Of a DNA stretch of 64,000 bases, positions 14,545 through 26,445 are shown in pieces. The notes under the pieces are model-generated. The model did not search any database, had not been told where the DNA came from, and saw nothing but the letters and a program-made list of their open reading frames with translations. The stretch comes from Octopus sinensis (Eukaryota): NCBI RefSeq assembly GCF_006345805.1, contig NC_043020.1, forward strand, positions 13,020,001 to 13,084,000. The letters run 5' to 3'. Positions within the stretch are counted from its first letter, which is position 1, and every line of letters starts with the position of its first letter. The position numbers were made by a program, and so were the translations under genes.

Positions 14545-14940
14545 ATGTCCGCTGCCAGCCAGGCCTGGCCCCCGTGCCGGTGGCACGTAAAAGCACCATC
14601 CGTTCGTGTCCGTTGCCAGCCTCGCCTGGCCCCTGTGCCGGTGGCACGTAAAAGCACCATTCATTCGTGTCCGCTGCCAGCCTCGCCTGGCCCCCGTGCC
14701 AGTGGCACGTAAAAGCATCATCCGTTCGTGGCCGTTTGCCAGCTCTGTCTGGCACCTGTGCGGGTGGCACGTAAAAAGCACCCACTACACTCACGGAGTG
14801 TTTGGCGTTAGAAGAGCATCCAGCCATAGAAACACTGCCAGATCTGACTGGGCCTGATGAAGCCTTCCAGCTTCACAGACCCCAGTTGAACCGTCCAACC
14901 CCTGCTAGCATGGAAAACGGACGCTAAATGATGATGATGA
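14545..14940 (+). mobile_element. SINE/LINE-3'-derived element with internal about 58-bp tandem repeats and a (GAT)n tail
   Basis: Four ggcacgtaaaagcacc units. Inverted copies at 16727-17105, 33020-33205 and 37685-37930; same-strand remnant at 12625-12885. Confidence 0.75.
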
Positions 14941-15149
14941 TATATAATATATATGTGTATATATATATACATACATATATATATATATAATATATATATA
15001 TAATATTATATAAATAATATATATTACATATGTGTATATATGTCAACTCCAACATTATATACAAATATTAAATATAAATTCTTTCATATGTTCCAGCTCA
15101 ACACCTGTGGCCAAGCTGGGGCACTGTCAGTGTTATCACCTTTTCAATG

Positions 15150-15810
15150 GCCGTTCTTTTGTGATTGGGTTTTATTGAAGGAGGGAGCTTGATATTACTG
15201 CCCTCTTCCGGGGTTTCTTGCTGTGACGTAGGTTCATCTAGGACCTCGAACAGCAGGCGGTCAAATTGTTTCTTGAAAAAAAAAAAAATCTTATCCTTAC
15301 TCCTTGTAGATCTCTCAGATGTTTTGACAAATTATTTAATAGATGTTGGCTTTTGAATCTTAAGCTATTGCAGTACCTGGTCCTCACTTTGGTTTGGAAG
15401 GGTGGGACAATTGGAACAGTGCAGTGACATCCAGTCTGAGGCCTAATGATGCCAAAGTTTGGTGCCAACCTGTCTAGGATGCGTGTGTGTGTGGTTTTAT
15501 TGAAGGAGGGAGAATGATATTACTGCCCTCTTCCGGGGTTTCTTGCTGTGATGTAGGTTCATCTGGGACCTTGAACAGCAGGCGGTCAAATTGTTTCTTG
15601 AAAAAAAAAAAAAATCTTATCCTTACTCCTTGTAGATCTCTCAGATGTTTTGACAAATTATTTAATAGGTGTTGGCTTTTGAATCTTAAGCTATTGCAGT
15701 ACCTGGTCCTCACTTTGGTTTGGAAGGGTGGGACAATTGGAACAGTGCAATGACATCCAGTCTGAGGCCTAATGATGCCAAAGTTTGGTGCCAACCTGTC
15801 TAGGATGTGT
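15150..15810 (-). mobile_element. Tandemly duplicated CR1-group LINE 3' fragment (period about 325 bp)
   Basis: RTRYCNSLRFK...KVPDEPTSQQ occurs twice. Same family at 53040-53490 and 54270-54745. Confidence 0.8.
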
Positions 15811-16270
15811 GTGTGTGGCTGGCTGGCTATAACATATTTCAACTCCTCATATCTCTCGCTTAGCAGATGTTATCATATCAAAGAGTCTGAAGCCAAACTT
15901 AATTTTTCCTTTTTTATATGTTTAACTTCTTTACTCTGTATATTATACACATACATATACACACTAGTGGGTCAACACCCTTGTCACTACATCTGTTGTG
16001 AAACATCAACATAATGTATATACACAAGTTGATGAATGCTAACATAATTATATACTCTTTTACTCTTTTACTTGTTTCAGTCATTTGACTGCGGCCATGC
16101 TGGAGCACCGCCTTTTTTTAGTCGAGCAAATCGACCCCGGGACTTATTCTTTGTAAGCCCAGTACTTATTCTATCGGTCTCTTTTGCCGAACCGCTAAGT
16201 GACGGGGACGTAAACACACCAGCATCGGTTGTCAAGCAATGCTAGGGGAACAAAAACAACGACACCACAA

Positions 16271-16301
<31 letters not shown>

Positions 16302-16710
16302 CATATATACGACAGACTTCTTTCAGTTTCCGTCTACCAAATCCACTCACAAGGCATTGGTCGGCCCGGGGCTATAGCAGAAGACACTTGCCCAAGATGC
16401 CACGCAGTGGGACTGAACCCGGAACCATGTGGTTGGTTAGCAAGCTACTTACCACACAGCCACAAATTCTACATTCTTTCACTTGTTACAGTCATTTAAC
16501 TGCGGTCATGCTGGAGCACCACCTTAAAGGGTTTTTAGTCAAAGAAATCAACCCCTGGATCTATTCTTTATAAGTCTAGCACTTATTCTATCAGGCACTT
16601 TTGGCGAACCGCTAAGTTACAAGGATGTAAACACACCAACGTCAGTTGTTAAGCGATGGCGGGTGGACAAATACAGACACAAAGACACGCACACATAAAT
16701 ATCTATATGT

Positions 16711-16743
<33 letters not shown>

Positions 16744-17597
16744 GCTTAACGTCCGCTTTCCATGCTAGCATGGGTTGGACGGTTCAACTGGGTTCTGGGA
16801 AGCCAGAAGGCTGCACCAGGCCCAGTCTGATCTGGCAGTGTTTCTACGGCTGGATGCCCTTCCTAACGCCAACCACTCCGTGAGTGTAGTGGGTGCTTTT
16901 TACGTGCCACCAGCACAGGTGCCAGGCGAGGCTGGCAACGGCCACGATCGGATGGTGCTTTTTACGTGCCACTGGTACGGAGGCCAGGCGAGGCTGGCAA
17001 CGGCCACGATCGGATGGTGCTTTTTACATGCCACTGGTACGGAGGCAGTCAGGGCGGCGCTGGCAACAACCAGGTTTGGATGGTTCTCTTATGTGCCACT
17101 GGCTACGATTTCCATTGATGTTGATGACATTTTAAACATAAACTATCACATCACTGAAATCTCAAGGCTACAAGATAATGCAGGATAAATTCAAAATAAT
17201 GTGACTAAATAAGCATCACATTCGACAGAGTAATTTGAACACTAAGGGGTAAAATCACAGTACTTATGAGAAACTGTTATGAGAAGGTTAAAATATTGAG
17301 ATTTGTCTCTCTTCAAGTGCAAGAAATGTCATCAGAATATAGATTCCTATGATTCTTCATGTACAGCACTTGACTTGTTTGAGTTTTAATCCTTTTGTCA
17401 CCATAGGTGCAGGAGAGGCTGTGTGGTAAGTATAGGCGCAGGTGTGGCTGTGTGGTAAGTAGCTTGCTTACCAACCACATGGCTCCGGGTTCAGTCCCAC
17501 TGCATGGCACCTTGGGCAAGTGTCTTCTACTATAGTCTCAGGTCGACCAAAGCCTTGTGAGTGGACTTGGTAGATGGAAACTGAAAGAAGACCGTCG

Positions 17598-17630
<33 letters not shown>

Positions 17631-19419
17631 GTATATATATATATATATATATGTATACGTGTGTATATGTTTGTGTGTCTGTGTTTGTCCCCCCCAAGAT
17701 CGCTTGACAACCGATGCTGGTGTGTTTTTACGTCCCTGTAACTTAGCGGTTCGGCAAAAGAGACCGATAGAATAAGTACTAGGCTTACAAAGAATAAGTC
17801 CTGGGGTTGATTTGCTCGACTAAAGGTGATGCTCCAGCATGGCCACAGTCAAAAGAAACAAGTAAAAGAGTAAAAAAGAGTGTATTTCTGTTGAGATGCT
17901 CTGTGTTTTTTTTAATTAATTTTAAATATAACAAAGAATTTAGTAAAGTAACTAGTTATTATCATTAAGCTAGTGTTAGGAACATAAATTGTGTCTAAGG
18001 TTTGGTGGAAGATTTTAATTCAGAATTTTAGAAAACACGACATTTGTACTACAGAGCCAGAGGCGGTTTCTGCCGGGTTGGTCACGAAAGGGTTAATGAA
18101 AGTGAGGAGGAAGACTAACTCCAAGTGGGTTATTGATTCTGTGTCACATTCATTGCCACAAATAAATAAGGAGCCCTAAAAGACAACAAACCCCACTGCT
18201 CTTCAGCCAAATCAAAGTTGCAGAGAGAACAAACCATTCACAGACAAATCTGCGAGGAAAAAATTTATACAGAATAATAAAATTATTAGTTTTCAATCAA
18301 AATATTTGTCTTGTAAATATTTTCATTTTCTATTCAAAGATAGATTTGGTGGGTTTGAAGAAAAGTATGTCTTTTGGCTGGCTTAGAGAATGGTCTGCAA
18401 ACAAGTTGAAATTGGAAAAGAAATTAAACCAGTTCTAAGCGATGTGCTTGAAATAATGTCAATTTGAGGGGTGTCAGCTTTATGAATTAAATGAAATAAC
18501 CAACTGACAGATGGCCAGGCCTAATTTTGAACACTAAAACATATGCTGTCGACACACTTGGTGAATTTTAACTAAACCATTTTGCAAACCCTGTTTTTTA
18601 GGGGGACACATGTTGTTAGTAGATTATGAAAGGATAAAACTTTAATAGAGTTTCAAGCAATTATTAGAAAATAATTTTCTCTTAATTATTGGTTCTTAGT
18701 TGTTTTGGCTTTGTAACACCGATTAAACTGACAGGAGTCGCTGTGTGGTAAGTAGCTTGCTTACCAACCACATGGTTCCGGGTTCAGTCCCACTGCGTGG
18801 CATCTTGGGCAAGTGTCTTCTGCTATAGCCCCGGGCCGACCAATGCCTTGAGTGGATTTAGTAGACGGAAACTGAAAGAAGCCTGTCGTATATATGTATA
18901 TATATATATATATATACATATATGTGCGTGTGTGTTTGTCCCCCTAGCATTGCTTGACAACCGGTGCTGGTGTGTTTATGTTCCCGTCACTTAGCGGTTC
19001 GGCAAAAGAGACCGATAGAATAAGTACTGGGCTTACAAAGAATAAGTCCCGGGGTCGATTTGCTCGACTAAAGGCGGTGCTCCAGCATGGCCACAGTCAA
19101 ATGACTGAAACATGTAAAAGCGTAAAAGCGTAATATTAACTGGTATGTTTCACATGGAGAGTTAGAGAAAAAAAAAAAACCCCAAAGAACCCAAAAAACT
19201 ATAATTTAATTTTTTACTTGTTTCAGTTACTGGACTGTGGTCATGCTGGAGCACAACCTTTAAGGATTTAGTCTAACAAATTGAACCCGTTTTTTTGTTC
19301 TTTTTTTGAGCCTGGTAGATTTTTATTTGTTTATTTTTGCTGTTAGAGGGATAAAAACAAATCAAAACCAGTTGCCAAGCAGTGGGAGTGAGGAAGAAGC
19401 ACAAGGGGACACATTCACA

Positions 19420-19433
19420 CAGCTATCTATCTA

Positions 19434-19504
<71 letters not shown>

Positions 19505-19525
19505 GTCTATCTATCTATCTATCTA

Positions 19526-19563
<38 letters not shown>

Positions 19564-19704
19564 AGTCAGTCAGTCAGTCAGTCTGTCTGTCTGTCTGTCT
19601 ATCTGTCCATCTATCTATCTGTCTGTCTGTCTGTCTATCTGTCTGTCTGTCTGTCTATCTATCTATCAATCTGTCTGTCTATCCATCTGTCCATCTATCT
19701 TTCC

Positions 19705-19738
<34 letters not shown>

Positions 19739-19763
19739 GCCTGTCTGTCTGTCTGTCTGTCTA

Positions 19764-19794
<31 letters not shown>

Positions 19795-19839
19795 GTCTGT
19801 CTGTCTGTCTATCTATCTGTCTGTCTGTCTGTCTGTCTA

Positions 19840-19873
<34 letters not shown>

Positions 19874-19965
19874 AATCTGTCTGTCTGTCCATCTGTCCAT
19901 CTATCTTTCCCTGTCTGTCTGTCTGTCTATCTATCTATCTGCCTGTCTGTCTGTCTGTCTATCTA

Positions 19966-19998
<33 letters not shown>

Positions 19999-20155
19999 TC
20001 GTGTATCTGTCTGTCCATCTATCTTTCCGTGTCTGTCTGTCTATCTATCTATCTATCAATCTGTCTGTCTGTCCATCTGTCCATCTATCTTTCCCTGTCT
20101 GTCTATCTATCTATATATCTGCCTGTCTGTCTGTCTGTCTATCTACCTATCTTTC
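19420..20155. repeat. Compound (CTAT)n/(CTGT)n tetranucleotide array with internal higher-order duplications
   Basis: Direct inspection; recurring block ccatctgtccatctatctttccc. Confidence 0.9.
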
Positions 20156-20327
20156 TACATACAAACTTACTGTTAACAAAAGTCGAGATGCATGGCGTTC
20201 AGTTATTCCATAAATGAAAAATGCATTAAATACTACAAAACGTACACATAGGACAGAAAGAGAAGGACTCTAATTCTTCATCAGTTATTGACCGAAAATA
20301 TTAATACCTAGTTTCATGCCTTTAACA

Positions 20328-20362
<35 letters not shown>

Positions 20363-20363
20363 G

Positions 20364-20395
<32 letters not shown>

Positions 20396-20423
20396 CACAC
20401 ATATATATATATAATATATGTGT

Positions 20424-20559
20424 CTGATGAATGGCAACGAGAAACTCAGAGTAACAGATTTTGTTGAATTTTCTGCTGCTTTAAATAAAGCATATTACTC
20501 TACCACTGGTACTTGAGTACTCTTTTTTCCACCTTGTTTCACATTTGTGTGTTTACTCC

Positions 20560-20560
<1 letters not shown>
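20424..20560 (+). mobile_element. Penelope-like relic with minimal type I hammerhead-like core
   Basis: CTGATGA-atggcaacga-GAAACTC-a-GAGTA-acagat, flanked by (TA)n. Related copy at 21523-21660. Confidence 0.5.
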
Positions 20561-20617
<57 letters not shown>

Positions 20618-20623
20618 ATATAT

Positions 20624-20655
<32 letters not shown>

Positions 20656-20863
20656 GTGTGTTTATATATATATATATATATATAATATATATATATATAA
20701 TATATTATATATATATATATATATATACATATAATATATATACATATATATATATATACACACACATTTTTGCATATGATTAGAAGAAAATGGAGAGTTT
20801 AACAGATTAACATCGATTTATTAACATATTGTTAATTTCATATTACATATGAAATACACACAT

Positions 20864-20898
<35 letters not shown>

Positions 20899-20968
20899 AC
20901 ACACACTGACACACACACACACACATAGATATAAAGATAGATATAGATAGAGACATAGATAAGTGTTT

Positions 20969-21173
20969 GATAAAGAAAGTTATGGCTGGTCTATGGGGTT
21001 ATCCAGGGTTTCACATTCATAAAGCCCTTAGCTTTAAGAAGGCATCTCTTCAGACCCTAATGGCCGGTGGCCTATAACTGGCCATTACAGTCTGAAGAGA
21101 CACCATAAAGCTGAGTGCTTTATGGACGTGAACCCCAGGGTAACCCCACAGATCAGCCATAACTATCTTTATC
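20969..21173. repeat. About 205-bp imperfect palindrome (fold-back/MITE-like)
   Basis: gataaagaaagttatggctg...taatggcc pairs with ggccatta...cagccataactatctttatc around a 14-nt loop. Confidence 0.85.
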
Positions 21174-21734
21174 TGATTACTCGAGTTCTAATACTAAGAG
21201 TGTGCCCCTCTTTCTGATTTATGATTTACTAATGATATGTGTGTGTGTGTCAGGCTTCTTTCAGTTTCTGTCAACTAAATTCACTCAGAAGGCTCTGGCT
21301 GGTCAGGGACCCAAGTAGAAAACCCAGGTACTGCATGGTGGGACTGAACACAAGGTCACATAATTGTGAAGCAGTGTAGAAATTTTAAAAAAATTGCCCC
21401 CCATATATTTCATGACTTATCTAATAACCTATATTGTTTTATTCTTTTACTTGTTTCAATCATTTGGTTGTGGCCATGTTGGAGCATCGCCTGTAACACA
21501 TAAGAAGCACCCACTACACTCTCTGACAAAAGGAACGTGAAACTCTGAGTAACAGCTTTTGTTATATTTCTGGTGCTTTTAAATAAAGCATATTACTCTA
21601 CCTCTGGTATTTGAGTACTCTTTTTTCCACCTTGTTTCACATTTATGTACTTACTCCAGTATATATATATATATATATATACTAAGCAATTAAGGGTTTA
21701 GCAACGAATTGCCTCACCACACACCATATATATG

Positions 21735-21789
<55 letters not shown>

Positions 21790-22342
21790 TATTATATATA
21801 TACACACACAAATATATATGAAATCAATTGTGTGATGAAGGAAATTAGAATAGCCAGATTAGGAAAAATTGTATAAAGATTTAAAAGTTTGGACAGAGAT
21901 GTTGAGTTAACCTTGATATTTGCTTTTTTTTCTATATTTGTTCATAGGCATCATTAGTTTTGAGAAATATTTCTTTATATTTACCATTTAGTTTCCATTT
22001 GATGAAATATAGAAAAACTAGAATGATTAGTCGGTTTGGACAATATATTCAAAAGCCCGTAAAATAAAGCTGGTATGAAAATATTTCTATTTTATTAAAC
22101 ACGAGGAATTGGTTTGCAAGAAGCTCTAAGATATTGTCACATCAAATTGTAAAAGAGAGATGAATTCTTCAATGTCAAATCTTCATTTCCAAAAACCATT
22201 TCCACAAAGAAAGCAAGATAAATGAAACATGCTTCTCTTAATTATTATGTCGTTAAATATCTAGACGCTAGTTTGAGACAAAGACAAAATGAAAATCTTT
22301 TAATTCCAAACATCAGATAACATGTTAAGTAAGAAATATTAC

Positions 22343-22471
22343 CAAAAACTGTGATGCTTCGGTTATTTTCCTGGTGTAATGTTACAGGGTCACCAAAAAC
22401 ATCCAACAAATTCTGTTTCAAAATCATATTGTTTGCTGCCAACACCAAATATGGTTTTTCAGTTTCTGCTT
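22343..22471 (-). CDS. ROS1: ROS1/Sevenless-like exon, start of beta-propeller region (AETEKPYLVLAANNMILKQNLLDVFGDPVTLHQENNRSITVF), 129 nt, phase 1 to 1
   Basis: Acceptor tttcttttccag, donor G|GTAATA. Phase matches the preceding exon. Position corresponds to ROS1 QWLFLSRKTSLRKRSL...HNIT. Confidence 0.8.
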
Positions 22472-22615
22472 CTGGAAAAGAAATTAATTCGATCAGAGAA
22501 AATTGCATATATCTGCTGGAACATTTGGCTTAATAGGAAAATAACGACAACGACAACGACATCATTTAATATCCATATTCCTTGCTGGCTATAAATGGAA
22601 CAGTTTGATAGAATC

Positions 22616-22845
22616 AGAGGGCTGCATTGGTCTCTATTGTCTGCATTGGTAAGGGTCCTACAGCTGGGTGCCTTTCCTAATGCCAATCTCTTCAGAGGGC
22701 TGCATTGGTCTCTATTGACTGCATTGGTAAGGGTCCTACAGCTGGGTGCCTTTCCTAATGCCAATCTCTTCAGAGGGCTGCATTGGTCTCTATTGTCTGC
22801 ATTGGTAAGGGTCCTACAGCTGGGTGCCTTTCCTAATGCCAATCC
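22616..22845. repeat. 78-bp tandem repeat, 3 copies, derived from a SINE-like segment
   Basis: agagggctgcattggtctctattg...tttcctaatgccaatc repeats at 22616, 22694 and 22772. Confidence 0.9.
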
Positions 22846-23063
22846 CTTAGCAGAATGTGCTGAATGCTTCTTTCTTTTTTTGTGGCACAGGTACCAGTGC
22901 AAGTGAGGTAACCCCAGATAACCTGCAAGACAAGTTTTGGCATAGGGCCAGCAGATTTTTGAGGGGAAGGGAAAGTTGATTACATCAACTTCAGTACTTG
23001 ACTGGTCCTTATTTTACCAGCCCCCCAAAAAGATGAAAGGCATCATTGACCTCAGTGGAATTT

Positions 23064-23607
23064 GGTGAGCTGCAAAAGGGAAAGCACTCACAAGGCGGCC
23101 AGAAGAAGCGCTTTAAGGACACCCTGAAAGCCTCACTGAAAGCCTTCAACATCGACCATGACACTTGGGAGCAGTCTGCTCTAGACAGAGAAGTTAAGTT
23201 AAGTTAATTTTTGGCTCAAAAAGCAAAAAGCAAGGCCATGTAGGGGGACATGGAGTTATGTACAGGGTGGTGTTCATGCAAAGAGTTCAAGCCATTTCTG
23301 GTCAAGAGAGTCTTTGAACCGAGCGGTCGTCGGCATCTTCACTATCTCGTCCGACAGCTTATTCCACGGATTCGCAACCGGGACGGAGAAAGCCCCTCTC
23401 CTTCGATTGAGATGAAATCGTCGCAGATAGAGCTTTTCAGAGTGACCCTGCAGCCGACGCTCTGGAGCAGGAGTGAAGAACAGCTCTTTTGAGAGGTTAC
23501 ACTTTCCGCCGCTTATGAAGGGTGGCGATCAGCTGTCCACAAGGGTGCCAACACATGCATGACCAATAGGATCGCTGCTGCAGAAGACCGCAGACAAGCC
23601 AGAATGT
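23064..23607 (+). mobile_element. RTE (BovB-like) LINE fragment interrupted by a CR1 insertion
   Basis: GELQKGKHSQGGQKKRFKDTLKASLKAF...DRE|GWRSAVHKGA reads in frame once 23194-23520 is removed. Confidence 0.85.
23194..23516 (-). mobile_element. CR1 LINE 3' fragment with (CTTAA)n tail and GAAG target-site duplication
   Basis: LQGHSEKLYLRRFHLNRRRGAFSVPVANPWNKLSDEIV motif. GAAG at 23190-23193 and 23517-23520. Confidence 0.85.
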
Positions 23608-24123
23608 AAAGATGGATGAAATGCCACTAAGCATTTTGTCTGGTGTGCTAACAATTCTGCCAGCTTGCCGTCTTATACCAACTTAATGATGACAAGATTT
23701 TTGTAGTAAATTCTTTATTATTTTCAAAATTACCAGAAATGAAATTGAGAGTATTTCAAACAGAAACATGGTAACAAAATGTTTAAATAAGGAAAGCACA
23801 CATTAAGTATCTAGTGTTTCCTGCTCATAAGAGATGGTCACTGCTGGAGTGTCTTTAATCATAGCTCTGCTTAGAGAAGATCGATCTGCAGCCAAACAAC
23901 AATATAAAATGTATTTCTTTACTGCCCACAAGGAGCTAAACATAGAGGGGACAAACAAGGACAGACAAACGGATTAAGTCGATAACATCGACCCCAGTTG
24001 GAAACTGGTACTTTATTTATCGACCCCGAAAGGATGAAAGGCAAAGTCGACCTCGGCGGAATTTGAACTCAGAATGTAACGACAACAATATAAAATGGAC
24101 AATGAATGTAATGTTATCCTTAC

Positions 24124-24414
24124 CCAACATTAGGTCTGGTGTCGTAATGATATGTGTATCAGCTGGCCCTCCTCCAACTGCATTCCAGGCTAAGACCTTA
24201 ATGGTATAATTCTTTGAATGTTGCAACTGGCTGAAGGACCAAGAATGTGTGTGTTCAGACACTTCTCGTGTGATGGTTCGTTCATTCACATAACTAAGCA
24301 TCAACTTGTAACCAGTTATTCGTCCATTTGGATAGAGAGGTGGGTTCCAGATGATGGTAATCACAGTAGGGGATGGTGTGGCCACACTCGATATCTTTGG
24401 TGCCGATGATGGTT
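24124..24414 (-). CDS. ROS1: ROS1/Sevenless-like exon, FN3 domain 2 (PSSAPKISS...WNPPLYPNGRITGY...YTIKVLAWNAVGGGPA...TTPDLML), 291 nt, phase 1 to 1
   Basis: Acceptor ggtttcag, donor G|GTAAGG. Complete FN3 domain colinear with ROS1 ETAPLIRNIESSSPDTVEVSWDPPQFPGGPILGY...AVNEVGEGPEA. Confidence 0.93.
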
Positions 24415-25345
24415 CTGAAACCAAATCAATATTCATTTATGCAAATTTATTCACAAAAAATTAAAAAGATTAACAACAATACAGGATTACAAAAGACAAT
24501 ACTATCGACTGCAATAGTGCTTATGGGATTTTAGGGGATTTTGAAGGGAGGGAACTAGTTGATTACATTGACTCAGTGTTCAAACCAGTACTTATTTTAC
24601 TGACCCCCAAAAGGACAAAAGGAAAAGTTAAGCTCAGTGGAATTTGAAATCAGAAAATAAAGCCAGAAAAAATTGCTGAGCATTTTGTCCAACATGCCAA
24701 TGATAATTCTTGCCAATAATAATTCTTCCTTGTTTTGGTACAAGGCCAGCAATTTGAGACAAGGAGGCAAATCAATTATTTTATGGAACCTAAAGTATGA
24801 AAGGGCAAGATGACCTTGGCAGAATTTGAACTCAGGACATAAAGCTGTAGAAACATTGCTAAGCATTTTATCCTGCTTGCCACCTTAATAATAATGATAA
24901 TGATGGTTTCGAATTTTGGGATAAGGTGCAGGAATGGCTGTGTGGTAAGTAGCTTGCTTACCAATCACATGGTTCCGGGTTCAGTCCCACTGCGTGGCAC
25001 CTTGGGCAAGTGTCTTCTACTATAGCCCCGAGCCAACCAATGCCTTGTGAGTGGATTTGGTAGATGGAAACTGACAGAAGCCTGTCGTATATATGTATAT
25101 ATATATATACATGTTTGTGTGTGTATATATTTGTGTGTCTGTGTTTATCCCCGCAACATTGCTTGACAACCGATGCTGGTATGTTTACATTGCCGTAACT
25201 TAGCGGTTTGGCAAAAGAGACCAATAGAAGAAGTACTAGGCTTACAAAGAATAAGTCCTAGTGTCAATTTGCTCGACTAAAGGCGTGCTCCAACATGGCC
25301 ACAGTCAAATGACTGAAACAATGAAAAGAGTAAAAGAGAGTAATT

Positions 25346-25380
<35 letters not shown>

Positions 25381-25583
25381 TACACACACACATACACACA
25401 CACTTACACACACACACACACACACACCACATGTGCCATTCTGAAAGTGTCCATATATATGGAATGTAATAAACAAAATTAAAAGCCAGAATCGTGCGAG
25501 TGTGAATCTTACGAGCTTTTGCAGAAAACTGTACAGAAAACCGGGTCGAGACACTGAGACTAATTAAAAAATGGTAAACTTAC

Positions 25584-25668
25584 TGCCATGAGGTAAAGTA
25601 ATGACAGAAACACTTTCATTTGAAACGAGGAACTGATCAGGAATTTTAATGAATGCTATGACTTTGAA
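25584..25668 (-). CDS. ROS1: ROS1/Sevenless-like exon, end of FN3 domain 1 (FKVIAFIKIPDQFLVSNESVSVITLPHG), 85 nt, phase 0 to 1
   Basis: Long pyrimidine tract + gcag acceptor, donor A|GTAAGT. Phases match both neighbours (A+AA = Lys, giving HGKPSSAP). Too short for the ORF track. Confidence 0.9.
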
Positions 25669-26016
25669 CTGCAAAAAAAAAAAAAAATTAAAGAAAAATA
25701 AAGAAAAAAATTAAAATTGCATGGAATGGTTAACAGACATTTACAGCAATGCAAGAAATGGTATGGAATGGTGATGACAATTCAAAGACACAGAATTGGA
25801 ATAAAAGGAGAAAAATAAGCAAAATTCCTCACTTTGCAAGGTAACCATATAAAAAGAAAATGAGGTTGAGCGTATGTATGTGTGAAGGGTGTGTGTTGTA
25901 TCAGGTAGACTTGTGTGCATGTGGGTGTTGTGTGTCAGTGTGTGTATGTGTGTGTATAGTGTTTGTGTCTATATATGTTAGTGTGTGTGTGTGTGTGTTT
26001 ATTGTGTTAATGTGTG

Positions 26017-26399
26017 AAGCACTCCGTTGGTTACGACGATGAGGGTTCTGGTTGATCCGAATCAACGGAACAGCCTGCTCGTGAAATTAACGTGTAAGTG
26101 GCTGAGCACTCCACAGACACGTGTACCCTTAACGTAGTTCTCGGGGATATTCAGCGTGATACAGAGAGTGACAAGGCCGGCCCTTTGAAATACAGGTACA
26201 ACAGAAAGAGGAAGTAAGAGTGAGAGAAAGTTGTGGTGAAAGAGTACAGCAGGGATCACCACCATCCCCTGCCGAAGCCTCGTGGAGCTTTAGTTGTTTT
26301 CGCTCAATAAACACTCACAACGCCCGGTCTGGGAATTGAAACCGCGATCCTATGACCGCGAGTCCGCTACCCTAACCACTGGGCCATTGCGCCTCCACA
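26017..26399 (-). mobile_element. tRNA-derived SINE (type C) with 14-bp TSD
   Basis: Head gtggaggcgcaatggcccagtggttagg. TSD tgtgttaatgtgtg at 26003-26016 and 26400-26413. Confidence 0.9.
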
Positions 26400-26445
26400 T
26401 GTGTTAATGTGTGTGTATGTGTTAGCATGTGTATGTGCTGATTAA

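Noticed and set aside
19306-20217. 264-303 aa ORFs
   Set aside because: Tetranucleotide repeat translations.
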